Source: Akkermansiaceae bacterium
GTDB taxonomy: Bacteria; Verrucomicrobiota; Verrucomicrobiia; Verrucomicrobiales; Akkermansiaceae
Length of the DNA: 50,767 bases
Direction of reading: 5' to 3'
Assembly (NCBI GenBank): GCA_023263995.1
Contig: JALQTQ010000002.1
Span: 1-50,767 of the forward strand
Shown here: one piece after another, positions 1-7,794 of the stretch
How the letters are laid out: each line of letters starts with the position of its first letter
Numbering within the stretch: the first letter of the stretch is position 1
Notes under the pieces: generated by a model
The model's input: the letters and a program-made list of their open reading frames with translations, nothing else
Told to the model about the DNA's origin: nothing
The model's database searches: none
Translations under genes and position numbers: made by a program

Positions 1-57
1 CAGAAGCCTCTACAGCTCCTGACTTTTTCGCCAACCTAAATTGCGCTGGAAACTTGA

Positions 58-333
58 ATCCAAGCGACCAAAGAATTGAATCTCCGTGAGGGTCAGGTGA
101 ATCGGACCCGCTTGTGGCAAAACTTTCGCGAGACTCATCTCACTCATCAACGAAGCTATCTCGCTCGCCTCCATTATGTTCATCAGAATGCGGTCCACCA
201 TCGACTCGTTGCTCATGGTTCTCAGTGGAAATGGTGCAGCGCTGCGGCCTTCAAAAAAGCGGTCACGCCAGCATGGCTTAAAACGATTATGAGTTTCCAA
301 TACGATCAAATTGCGGCCAAGGATGGAGACTGA
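58..333 (+). pseudogene. C-terminal remnant of a RayT / IS200-IS605-superfamily (COG1943-like, REP-associated tyrosine) transposase
   Basis: Frame +1 reads ...RLWQNFRETHLTHQRSYLARLHYVHQNAVHHRLVAHGSQWKWCSAAAFKK. This fits the conserved C-terminal block of RayT-like proteins (WQ..., YIH.NPV...LV, W.WSS). In-frame stops at 37-39 and 55-57 separate it from any upstream catalytic part, so only a fragment is present. The antisense ORF 10..339 is treated as a shadow. Confidence 0.4.
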
Positions 334-338
334 TTCCA

Positions 339-440
339 TTGGACTGCGGCAGCAGGCTGCCGCTTTTGATCAGGCCAGCCTGCTGGCCAACGCAGCAGGC
401 TGCGTTTATCCAAAAGCGGCAGCAGGCTGCCGCAGTCCAA
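339..440. repeat. REP/BIME-like compound palindrome: four GC-rich hairpins closed by a 30-nt inverted repeat
   Basis: Arms 339-368 (TTGGACTGCGGCAGCAGGCTGCCGCTTTTG) and 411-440 (CAAAAGCGGCAGCAGGCTGCCGCAGTCCAA) are inverted repeats. The only 4 mismatches are the loop of a local hairpin GCGGCAG-CAGG-CTGCCGC present in each arm (346-363 and 416-433). Between the arms lie GGCCAG-CCTG-CTGGCC (373-388) and ACGCAG-CAGG-CTGCGT (390-405). Confidence 0.85.
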
Positions 441-478
441 GAAGAACTCCCTGAAGCTGATCACCCCTATTCTCACCC

Positions 479-1138
479 TTGTTCCTCTTCCCTCCAAAGA
501 CAGCGTTCGGCAAGACGGTTCCCAAGAGCCGGATCTGCACTCAGGTCAATGCGACCCGGCGAATCCGTGATCTGTTCACCAAGCAAGTCGCAGAGATCAG
601 GTGGGCCCACAAACTCTCGCCCGAGACAATCCACCTGCCTGCGAAGCCTGGTGTGCCGGAGATCGAGGTCTTCGACATCCAGCTGAAAACACTGACCTGC
701 GACGAGGCGGTGCTGGAAACCGTCGATCGGGCGATTCCGTTCCCCATTATCCACCGCATCTTTTCGGAGAAGGGAGTGGCCTACAGTGCCGCCCACAAGC
801 GACCCAGTGAAGCGGATTCCAGCCAGTGGGTCGTCGGCCCCCGCTTCACTTCATCCTTCAACCCTCAACCTTCATCCTTCGAAAAGCCGCTTCCAGCGGC
901 GCTCGACCTCGGTAAGTTGTATGCGGCCCTCCTCGCCAGCCTCATGCCGCTTCCTGCACGCCCCAAGGAATCCCTCACCAGTCAGATCGCTCGCTGCGAG
1001 CGATTCCGGATTCTCAAACGACAGGTCGACCAGCTTACCGCCAGGGTCCATCGCGAAAAACAGTTCAACCGCAAGGTGGCTCTGAATCAGAAGCTGAAGC
1101 CGCTGAAGGCCGAGTTGAAGGCCCTTTCGGCCCTATGA
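479..1138 (+). CDS. DUF4391 domain protein (usually a companion of type III-like methyltransferase/helicase restriction modules)
   Basis: 219-aa ORF with a TTG start. The N-terminus FPPKTAFGKTVPKSRI...IRWAHKLSPETIHLPAKPGVPEIEVFDIQLK, the central DRAIPFPIIH...AYSAAHKRP and the C-terminal coiled tail REKQFNRKVALNQKLKPLKAELK match my recollection of the DUF4391 family layout. Confidence 0.65.
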   Translation: MFLFPPKTAFGKTVPKSRICTQVNATRRIRDLFTKQVAEIRWAHKLSPETIHLPAKPGVPEIEVFDIQLKTLTCDEAVLETVDRAIPFPIIHRIFSEKGVAYSAAHKRPSEADSSQWVVGPRFTSSFNPQPSSFEKPLPAALDLGKLYAALLASLMPLPARPKESLTSQIARCERFRILKRQVDQLTARVHREKQFNRKVALNQKLKPLKAELKALSAL

Positions 1139-1265
1139 ATCTTTCCAAACGAAAAGCTCCTTACTCTTGAGATTGTCCCAGCCTTCTTGCCAGAATCTGC
1201 TCGATTGAGCAGTAGAAATAATAAAGGATCCCGTAGCTACCGAAGACGATTGAATTTTACTCAAC

Positions 1266-2249
1266 ATGCCCACTGCCTCCCAGATTAAAGCTCTCCTCTC
1301 AAGCCACTCTGCTGGGGACGCCGAGCGCTTCCACGCGGTCGCCCTTCAGATGGCTGCGGCGGAGGCCCGGAAAGGGCACCAAAAGCTCGCAGATGAGATT
1401 AGAGAGTTGGTCAACAAGTCCCGTCGTAATGCGCAGTCTGGCAATATCCGCCAGAAAGTTCATAGCCTGGCCGCTCCTCAAGGCGAAGCGGGTGAATTGC
1501 TCGAGGCCAGCGAGAGTCACCTTCGGCTATCCGATTTAGTCCTTGAGGATTCTCTCCGGGAGCGAGTCGAGCGGATCGTCCAAGAGCAAAAGAACCTCAG
1601 TAAGTTGAAGGAAAGAAATCTCCGACCACGGCAACGCCTGCTTTTCACTGGTCCTCCCGGGTGCGGAAAGACGATCACTGCTTCGGCTCTGGCAAATGAG
1701 CTTCGCCTCCCGCTTTTTGTGGTGAGGCTTGACTCGCTCATCAGCCGATACCTCGGTGAGTCACTCTCCAAGCTGCTTCTCATTTTCGATGCGGCCGAGA
1801 AGCATCGTGCCGTCTACCTTTTTGATGAATTCGACAGCATTGGCTACACTCGGGATGCCAGTGGTGATGTCGGTGAAATGCGGCGCGTTCTCAATGCCTT
1901 CCTCGTCTTCATCGAAAAGATGAAGAGCAACAGCCTTATCATCGCAGCCACCAACTACGGTCAGCGGCTCGATCAGGCCCTCTTCCGTCGGTTTGACGAC
2001 CTAGTCGAATTCGGCCTTCCCGAGACTCCGCAGATCCGGCAGACGATCAAGCGCCTCCTGCGGGACGTAGAGAACGAGGAATTTGACTGGAAGAAGATCG
2101 AGCCTGCGGCCAAGGAACTCAGCTACGCGGAGATCACGCGAGCCACGGAGGAGGCCATCAAGGAGATGATTATTCACGATCTTAACATGGTGACTGACAA
2201 GGCACTCGTCAGGGCCCTGAGCGAACGGCGCATGAACCTTCGTTTGTAA
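1266..2249 (+). CDS. classic-clade AAA+ ATPase (PF00004-type) with a ~110-aa helical N-terminal extension
   Basis: Walker A LLFTGPPGCGKT, Walker B AVYLFDEFD, sensor-1 LIIAATN and Arg-finger region LDQALFRRFD are present. ATG start. It lies 16 nt upstream of the next gene. Confidence 0.85.
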   Translation: MPTASQIKALLSSHSAGDAERFHAVALQMAAAEARKGHQKLADEIRELVNKSRRNAQSGNIRQKVHSLAAPQGEAGELLEASESHLRLSDLVLEDSLRERVERIVQEQKNLSKLKERNLRPRQRLLFTGPPGCGKTITASALANELRLPLFVVRLDSLISRYLGESLSKLLLIFDAAEKHRAVYLFDEFDSIGYTRDASGDVGEMRRVLNAFLVFIEKMKSNSLIIAATNYGQRLDQALFRRFDDLVEFGLPETPQIRQTIKRLLRDVENEEFDWKKIEPAAKELSYAEITRATEEAIKEMIIHDLNMVTDKALVRALSERRMNLRL

Positions 2250-2265
2250 TCATATCCACTTTTCC

Positions 2266-3612
2266 ATGAGAATCCGCTCGTTAACTCTAAAAAACTTCCG
2301 ATGCTTTCCGGACCTCCAAGTGCCGGTGGAGTTTGACAACTCGATGACTGTTCTGGCGGCAACAAACGGCCGCGGCAAATCCTCGATCCTGGATGCTATT
2401 ACCGTTGCCTTGAGTCCCTACACGGCTCAGTTCGAGCATGGAGGGCAGAAGGGCTTTAAGCTGACAGATGCTTACCTAAAGGCTGTCCAACCGAGGGTAA
2501 ACTCTCGCTCCAATTTGTTGAGCACGGAAATTCAGTTCCCGGTAGTATTGGAAGCCGGGTTCGAAATAGAAAACCAAATCGTGCATACTGCACGCCGACT
2601 AACTGGGCCCAAAGGCCGGACCACCATAAAGGAAGCAGCCGCTCTGAAAGAACACGCGGTGGCCCTGTCGAATCGGATCACCAAGGAGGAAACAGCAGTC
2701 AACACAATCCTGCCAGTCATTTCCTACTACGGGACCGGACGCCTCCATGCTCAGAAGCGCCTCACTCAAAAGGGGAAGACTCCAGAAGCTCACAATCCCC
2801 AGTCGAGGACGATGGGCTATCTGAACTGTCTTTCCGCTGAGTCCACCTACAAGCACTTTGCTGAGTGGATGAAGGAGACCACCCTCTCCCAGCTCCAAGA
2901 GTCTGATCCGAGCTATTTTGAGGGAAATCCCGAGATTTTTGAAGGCATGTTGCAAGGAGTCCGCATGGCGGTACAATGCGTCCTTCAGGATCAAGCATGG
3001 AGTGATCTTCGCTACACCGTGAAGAGCGACCAGCTGACGGTGCTTGAGAGCAATGCTCGGATCTCGCTGGCCTCTCTCTCGGATGGATTGCGAAGCATCA
3101 TTGCGATGGTTGGCGATCTCGCCTACCGTTGCATCGCCTTAAATCCCCAGCTTGGCCCGGAGGCTCCTAAGGTTACACCCGGTATCGTCCTTATCGACGA
3201 ACTCGAAATGCACCTGCACCCCGCCTGGCAGCAAAAGGTTCTTGCCCAGCTTCAGCATGCCTTCCCATTCGTTCAATTTGTCTGCACCACTCACAGTCCG
3301 CAGATTCTTTCAACAGTTCGTCCCCGGTCGATCCGAACGCTTCATGAAGGCGGCAAAGTAATGTCGCCGACCTGCAAGACTTACGGAGCGGAAAGCAAGC
3401 GTGTCATGGAGGAACTGATGCGGGTGGATTCCCGACCACCCGTTTTAGTTAACGAGCTTCGAGAGTTTATCACACTCACTGATGGCGGGGACTGGTTCAG
3501 TCAGAGATACCGGGAACTGAGAGAATTGCTGCTCAATGAGCTTGGGCCTAGCGATCCCGTGCTGATCAATGCGGAGATTAAGAAAAACTTCCAACAGCTC
3601 GAAGTCGAATGA
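2266..3612 (+). CDS. ABC/SMC-like ATPase (AAA_15/AAA_21 type), PtuA-like (Septu defence ATPase)
   Basis: N-terminal MRIRSLTLKNFRCF...ATNGRGKSSILDAI (Walker A), Walker B/D-loop IVLIDELEMHLHP and H-loop CTTHSPQILS are present. There is no TOPRIM tail. The stop overlaps the start of an HNH gene (ATGA at 3609-3612). Confidence 0.7.
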   Translation: MRIRSLTLKNFRCFPDLQVPVEFDNSMTVLAATNGRGKSSILDAITVALSPYTAQFEHGGQKGFKLTDAYLKAVQPRVNSRSNLLSTEIQFPVVLEAGFEIENQIVHTARRLTGPKGRTTIKEAAALKEHAVALSNRITKEETAVNTILPVISYYGTGRLHAQKRLTQKGKTPEAHNPQSRTMGYLNCLSAESTYKHFAEWMKETTLSQLQESDPSYFEGNPEIFEGMLQGVRMAVQCVLQDQAWSDLRYTVKSDQLTVLESNARISLASLSDGLRSIIAMVGDLAYRCIALNPQLGPEAPKVTPGIVLIDELEMHLHPAWQQKVLAQLQHAFPFVQFVCTTHSPQILSTVRPRSIRTLHEGGKVMSPTCKTYGAESKRVMEELMRVDSRPPVLVNELREFITLTDGGDWFSQRYRELRELLLNELGPSDPVLINAEIKKNFQQLEVE

Positions 3613-4241
3613 TCTCAATCAAGATAGTCAACCCGCCGAGGTGTCTCGCGGGGTTCGCTTCCAGGTCACCTCTCCCTCGCTTCGATGCTCCAGCGTTCCA
3701 GTCGTGCAAGAACCAGATCCGAACCCAGCTCCTATTAAATCAGCTTCACCAGTGTGCCTACTGTGAGAGACCGATCGAAGATTGTGGGGATTCCTCCCAC
3801 CTGGATCACATAGAAAGCCAGTACGACAACCAAGCTCGACGGTTCGACATTACCAACCTCGTGGCGGCTTGTCAGACGAGCCACACCTGCGGACATGCCC
3901 ACGGGCGGCATTCGGTGCCAGCAGAACTTGATCCCTATCGGTCGCCCGGGCTACACAGCAAGCTGTCCTGTCATTCCAGTGGTGAATTAGAGGCATGCGG
4001 TCTCTCCGCTGCAGCGGAGGAATTCGCTCTTGGCGCAAAGGGCTCAGAAGCACCAACTTTGAATCTGAATGATCCGGGCCTGATCAGTCGCCGAGAGCTG
4101 ATAATCGTCCAGCTGATGCAGCAAACGGTCGCTCTTGGCACCAACGCGAAACGCAAGCTACGGAGCCTTTCCACCCACGGGGTCGGTTTTCAAAGCCTCC
4201 ACTACCAATATCTGGCCCGATTTGGCTTCCCCACACCCTGA
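3609..4241 (+). CDS. HNH nuclease of the TIGR02646 / PtuB-like type
   Basis: Motif LLLNQLHQCAYCERPIEDCGDSSHLDHIES...NLVAACQTSHTCGHAHG matches Q..CAYCE....H.(D/E)H...NL...C...CG..KG-like. The start has a 4-nt overlap with the upstream ABC ATPase, the canonical PtuA/PtuB arrangement. Confidence 0.65.
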   Translation: MISIKIVNPPRCLAGFASRSPLPRFDAPAFQSCKNQIRTQLLLNQLHQCAYCERPIEDCGDSSHLDHIESQYDNQARRFDITNLVAACQTSHTCGHAHGRHSVPAELDPYRSPGLHSKLSCHSSGELEACGLSAAAEEFALGAKGSEAPTLNLNDPGLISRRELIIVQLMQQTVALGTNAKRKLRSLSTHGVGFQSLHYQYLARFGFPTP

Positions 4242-4258
4242 ATCTTCTCAAACAACCA

Positions 4259-4630
4259 ATGGACAAACTCAAACTCCACACCCCGGACTTCGCAGAGGCC
4301 AACGCGGCGAAGCTGGCCGAGCTGTTTCCGAATTGCGTCACCGAGAGCAGGGCGGAAGACGGGTCGATCAAGCGGGCCATCGACTTTGATTTGCTGAAAC
4401 AGGAGCTTTCTCAGGATCTCGTCGAGGGGCCGCAGGAACGCTAACGGCTCGATTGGCCAGGCAAGCGGGAATCCCTCGCCCTCGCCAACGCACCCATCAC
4501 CAAGACCCTGCGGCCATGCAAGGAGGAGTCGGTCGATTTCGCGACCACCAAGAATCTCTCCATCGAGGGCGACAACCTCGATGCCCTCAAGCTCCTGCAG
4601 GAGACCTATCTCGGGAAGGTGAAGATGATC
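4259..4630 (+). pseudogene. N-terminal remnant of a type III-like (N6/N4, PF01555-type) DNA methyltransferase Mod
   Basis: MDKLKLHTPDFAEANAAKLAELFPNCVTESRAEDGSIKRAIDFDLLKQELSQDLVEGPQER-TAA(4442-4444)-RLDWPGKRESLALANAPITKTLRPCKEESVDFATTKNLSIEGDNLDALKLLQETYLGKVKMI is a typical Mod N-terminus, all in one frame. The expected YIDPPYN catalytic motif is replaced at 4631 by the IS66 inverted repeat. Confidence 0.8.
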
Positions 4631-4652
4631 GTAACCGTCCGGGCGACCCCTT
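4631..4652. repeat. IS66 left terminal inverted repeat
   Basis: GTAACCGTCCGGGCGACCCCTT is the exact reverse complement of 9637-9658. Confidence 0.9.
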
Positions 4653-4685
4653 AGGCCTGATCTCGTCGCGGCGTCGGATCGTGTC

Positions 4686-4994
4686 ATGATGGCCGCCATG
4701 TCCAACCGACGACACTTCACCCAGTCCGAGCGCGAGTATTGGCTCGCACATTTCGAGAAGCATCAATCGACAGCCACCAGCTTCTGCCGCCAGCACGGCC
4801 TCTGCTACCAGACCTTCTTGCGGTGGCGGCGGGACGCCCGTATCAACAAGCCATCCTCCGCCGCGCCCGCAACCTTCATCGAGCTTGCCCTGTCTGTCCG
4901 GTCCTCAACACCGCCAATGGGCGAAATGGTCGAACTCACCTTTTCCAGCGGCCTCACTCTGCGCATCCAATCCCAACCCACCCCGCAGTCATGA
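4686..4994 (+). CDS. tnpA: IS66 accessory protein TnpA (Orf1, HTH)
   Basis: The 102-aa ORF reads ...FTQSEREYWLAHFEKHQSTATSFCRQHGLCYQTFLRWRR (HTH_Tnp-like). Its stop overlaps the tnpB start (ATGA at 4991-4994), as in IS66 elements. Confidence 0.7.
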   Translation: MMAAMSNRRHFTQSEREYWLAHFEKHQSTATSFCRQHGLCYQTFLRWRRDARINKPSSAAPATFIELALSVRSSTPPMGEMVELTFSSGLTLRIQSQPTPQS

Positions 4995-5263
4995 TCCTCA
5001 CCCACAGCGTCAAAGTCTGCCTCGCCACCCAGCCGTGTGACCTCCGCAAAAGCTTCGACACCCTCAGTTGCCTCGTCAAAGAACAACTCAAAGAAGATCC
5101 ACTCTCCTCCAAGCTCTTCGTCTTCCTCAACAAACGGGCCAACCGGGTCAAAATGCTCTACTGGGATGGCACCGGACTTTGGATTTTGATGAAGAGAACA
5201 GACGCACACTGCCCGCTTTGGCCCGGTTCCGAAACTTCGGTACCGATTTCACCCGCTCTATGA
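4991..5263 (+). pseudogene. tnpB: IS66 TnpB (Orf2), N-terminal part only
   Basis: MILTHSVKVCLATQPCDLRKSFDTLSCLVKEQLKEDPLSSKLFVFLNKRANRVKMLYWDGTGLWILMKR matches IS66 Orf2 (D(M/L)RK(G/S)FD.L, LFVF.N.R...K.L.WDG.G). Family similarity is lost after about 5197. The missing C-terminus is found at 7795-7953. Confidence 0.75.
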
Positions 5264-5306
5264 AACCGATCTGGAAATTGTCGGCTCGATTGGCGGCCAA
5301 CGCGAT

Positions 5307-5513
5307 TTGATCTTCGTCAGATTGCCCGACAACAGTTCGCGTGGCATTCCGGCCTGGATGTTTGATCCAGTGCGCTGCGAAGCCATGCGCTTTGATCGCA
5401 GTGCCACCGTCGATCCGGAAGCCTTGCTGGATCTGACAAGACTGCTTGACCTCCATCAATCGGAGTGGGCTGATCCGGATGATGAACGCGATTCAAGAAA
5501 GCCCACCACCTGA
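5307..5513 (+). CDS. small hypothetical protein upstream of the serine recombinase (possibly N-terminally truncated)
   Basis: The open frame actually runs from 5193 (...RFGPVPKLRYRFHPLYETDLEIVGSIGGQRDLIFVRLPDNSSRGIPAWMFDPVRCEAMRFDR...). The only canonical start is TTG at 5307. I recognise no family. Confidence 0.3.
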   Translation: MIFVRLPDNSSRGIPAWMFDPVRCEAMRFDRSATVDPEALLDLTRLLDLHQSEWADPDDERDSRKPTT

Positions 5514-5661
5514 TTGTCCAACTGCCCACGAACAGGACCTCCTTCCCTTGGAGCAGATTCAAATCACCAACCACCTGCCCGCCGACTCACGGCATGAATG
5601 CCGACAGCTTTTCGAAGAGCTGCTGCGGCAGGTCATCCTCCCACAAAACTCCAAACTGTAG
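5479..5661 (+). CDS. small hypothetical protein (60 aa) immediately upstream of the serine recombinase
   Basis: ATG-ATG start, MMNAIQESPPPDCPTAHEQDLLPLEQIQITNHLPADSRHECRQLFEELLRQVILPQNSKL. It ends 23 nt before the recombinase start. I recognise no family. Confidence 0.3.
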   Translation: MMNAIQESPPPDCPTAHEQDLLPLEQIQITNHLPADSRHECRQLFEELLRQVILPQNSKL

Positions 5662-5684
5662 TTTATATCGTACCTTAAATAATC

Positions 5685-7757
5685 ATGAATGAAAAACTCT
5701 CCGACGGCCAGCTGCAGCGCGCGGCCTACATCTATATTCGCCAATCAACCTTGCAGCAGGTGCGGCATAATGTTGAAAGCAATCGCCGCCAATACGAACT
5801 TGAGGACCGGGCCAGAATACTCGGTTTTCAAAAGATCACCATTGTGGATGACGATCTCGGCATCTCCGGCAGCGGCACCCAAGAGCGTCCCGGTTTTGCT
5901 CGTCTTCTCAACGCCGCCTGCAATGGCGAGGTCGGCGCCGTCTTCGCCTTGGAAGCCTCCCGCCTTGCCCGCAACAACCGCGACTGGCACCATCTCATCG
6001 ACCTCTGCGTTCTCACCGACACCCTCGTCATTGATGACGAAGGGGTCTACGATCCTCGCTTGCTCAACGACCGGCTCCTGCTGGGACTCAAGGGCACCAT
6101 GAGCGAGTTCGAACTCGGCATCCTGCGTCAGCGCGCCCAGGAAGCCTATCGGCAAAAAGTCATGCGCGGTGAAGTCCTCACCCGCGTTCCCGTCGGCTTC
6201 GTCCGGGAAGGAAAGACCGGCATCGTCCTCACCCCGGATCTGGAAATCCAGCAAGCAATCCGCACCCTTTTCGAACAGTTTGAGACTCGCGGCAGCCTGC
6301 GTCAGGTCCTGCTTTGGCATCATGAGGAAAAGATCAACTTTCCCGCCATTCGCTATCGTCACGGCGGCTACCATGTTGACTGGCAACTTCCCAACTACCA
6401 GCACCTCCTGCGAGCCATGAAAAACCCCACCTACGCCGGAGCCTTCGCCTGGGGGAAGAGCACCTCACGCTCCAAGGTCGTTGAAGGCCGTTCCCTCAAA
6501 ACTGGAGGACACAAAGTTCCAATGGAACAGTGGCAGGTTTTGATCAAGGATCACCACCAAGGATACATCACCTGGGATCGCTACATGGACAATCAGAACA
6601 AGCTCGCCTCCAACCGCACCCGCAGTCACCAAAGCTCACCCGGCGCGGCCAGGGAAGGCTCCGCACTCCTTGCGGGACTCCTGCGCTGTGCCAAATGCGG
6701 GCACAAAATGCACGTCGCCTATCGGGGCAAAGAGAAAAGCGCTCCCCGATATTACTGCTTTGACGGAACCAAGGAAAAAGGTCGTCCCACCTGTCTCAGC
6801 TTCGGCGGTGTGAAGGTCGAAAACGCCATTGTCGCGCACGTCCTCGAAGCCTGCCAGCCCATTGGGGTGGAAGCCTCCCTTCACGCCTTTGAACACCAAG
6901 ACAGCCAGCGCGCACAAAAACGCCGTGCTCTCGAACTCTCCCTTGAACGCCTGCAATACCAGGCCGAGCACGCCCGTCGTCAATACGACGCGGTCGATCC
7001 CACCAACCGACTCGTCGCCTCCGAACTCGAAGCCCGTTGGAATCAATCCCTCCAATCAGTCAGTGAAGCCGAAGCCCTGCTTGACGCCGAACCCGAAGCC
7101 ACCTTTGCCCTCACCGAAGAGCAGAAGCAGCAACTTCAACACCTCGGGCAAAGTCTCAGCGAACTGTGGCACCATCCGGACAGCCCCGCCGACCTCAAGA
7201 AACGCATCCTGCGCTGCGTCATCGAAGAAATCATCGTCGACATCGACGAAGGCCCCGGACACATTGACATGCAAATCCACTGGAAGGGCGGCACCCACAC
7301 CCCCGTGCGGACCCGCAAAAACAAAGTCGGAGTCAACAGCAACGCAACGGACAAAACCATCGCCGAACTTGTCCGCGAAATGGCCAAAGCATGGAACGAC
7401 AAATACATCGCCGCCTCCCTCAACCGCCTCGGACTCAAAACCGGCAAAGGCAACAACTGGACCGAGATCCGCGTGCGCAACCTGCGCCGTGAGAACAACG
7501 TTCCCATCCTCAGCAAAGCTCCCGCAAGAACCTGGAGGACCATGGATGAAGCCGCCGAGATCCTCGGCATCAGTACTGCCAGCACCCGCACCCTGGTACG
7601 CAACAAGATCCTGCCAGCCCGCCAGATTATCCCTGGTTCTCCATGGTTGATCGAGGATGACGACCTCTCAACCGACACCATCCAAAACCACCTCAAACTG
7701 ATTCAAACAGGCAAAACCCCTCCGCGTGAGGACAACCACCCAACCCTAGACCTTTGA
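5685..7757 (+). CDS. large serine recombinase (resolvase/invertase N-domain + recombinase domain + zinc ribbon + coiled coil + C-terminal excisionase-type HTH)
   Basis: AAYIYIRQSTLQQV (catalytic Ser), GAVFALEASRLARN, LLLGLKGTMSEFELGILRQR, zinc ribbon LLRCAKCGHKMHV...YYC and C-terminal MDEAAEILGISTASTRTLVRNKILPARQ are present. Confidence 0.9.
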   Translation: MNEKLSDGQLQRAAYIYIRQSTLQQVRHNVESNRRQYELEDRARILGFQKITIVDDDLGISGSGTQERPGFARLLNAACNGEVGAVFALEASRLARNNRDWHHLIDLCVLTDTLVIDDEGVYDPRLLNDRLLLGLKGTMSEFELGILRQRAQEAYRQKVMRGEVLTRVPVGFVREGKTGIVLTPDLEIQQAIRTLFEQFETRGSLRQVLLWHHEEKINFPAIRYRHGGYHVDWQLPNYQHLLRAMKNPTYAGAFAWGKSTSRSKVVEGRSLKTGGHKVPMEQWQVLIKDHHQGYITWDRYMDNQNKLASNRTRSHQSSPGAAREGSALLAGLLRCAKCGHKMHVAYRGKEKSAPRYYCFDGTKEKGRPTCLSFGGVKVENAIVAHVLEACQPIGVEASLHAFEHQDSQRAQKRRALELSLERLQYQAEHARRQYDAVDPTNRLVASELEARWNQSLQSVSEAEALLDAEPEATFALTEEQKQQLQHLGQSLSELWHHPDSPADLKKRILRCVIEEIIVDIDEGPGHIDMQIHWKGGTHTPVRTRKNKVGVNSNATDKTIAELVREMAKAWNDKYIAASLNRLGLKTGKGNNWTEIRVRNLRRENNVPILSKAPARTWRTMDEAAEILGISTASTRTLVRNKILPARQIIPGSPWLIEDDDLSTDTIQNHLKLIQTGKTPPREDNHPTLDL

Positions 7758-7794
7758 AAATGAAAGAAGACGCTTCCTGTCGCAGTGTGAATCA

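Larger units (their letters stand above)
5198..7794 (+). mobile_element. Approx. 2.6-kb unit inserted in IS66 tnpB: two small ORFs plus a large serine recombinase (boundaries approximate)
   Basis: It separates the N- and C-terminal parts of tnpB. It contains ORFs 5307..5513 and 5479..5661 and the recombinase at 5685..7757, all co-oriented. I could not identify clear terminal repeats. Confidence 0.5.

Noticed and set aside
10-339. 109-aa ORF on the minus strand at the window start
   Set aside because: It has no recognisable motifs. It exactly shadows the plus-strand frame that carries the RayT-like C-terminal motif, so it is treated as an antisense artefact.
1197-1212. Hairpin CTGCTC-GATT-GAGCAG after the DUF4391 gene as a terminator
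   Set aside because: It has only a 6-bp stem and no following T-run. It lies in the AT-rich putative promoter region of the AAA+ gene, so its function is indeterminate.
4453-4689. 78-aa ORF and other small ORFs (4202..4720 minus, 4587..4796 minus) across the Mod/IS66 junction
   Set aside because: They are out of frame relative to the clearly recognisable Mod remnant, span the IS66 inverted repeat and have Arg/Pro-rich artefact-like translations.
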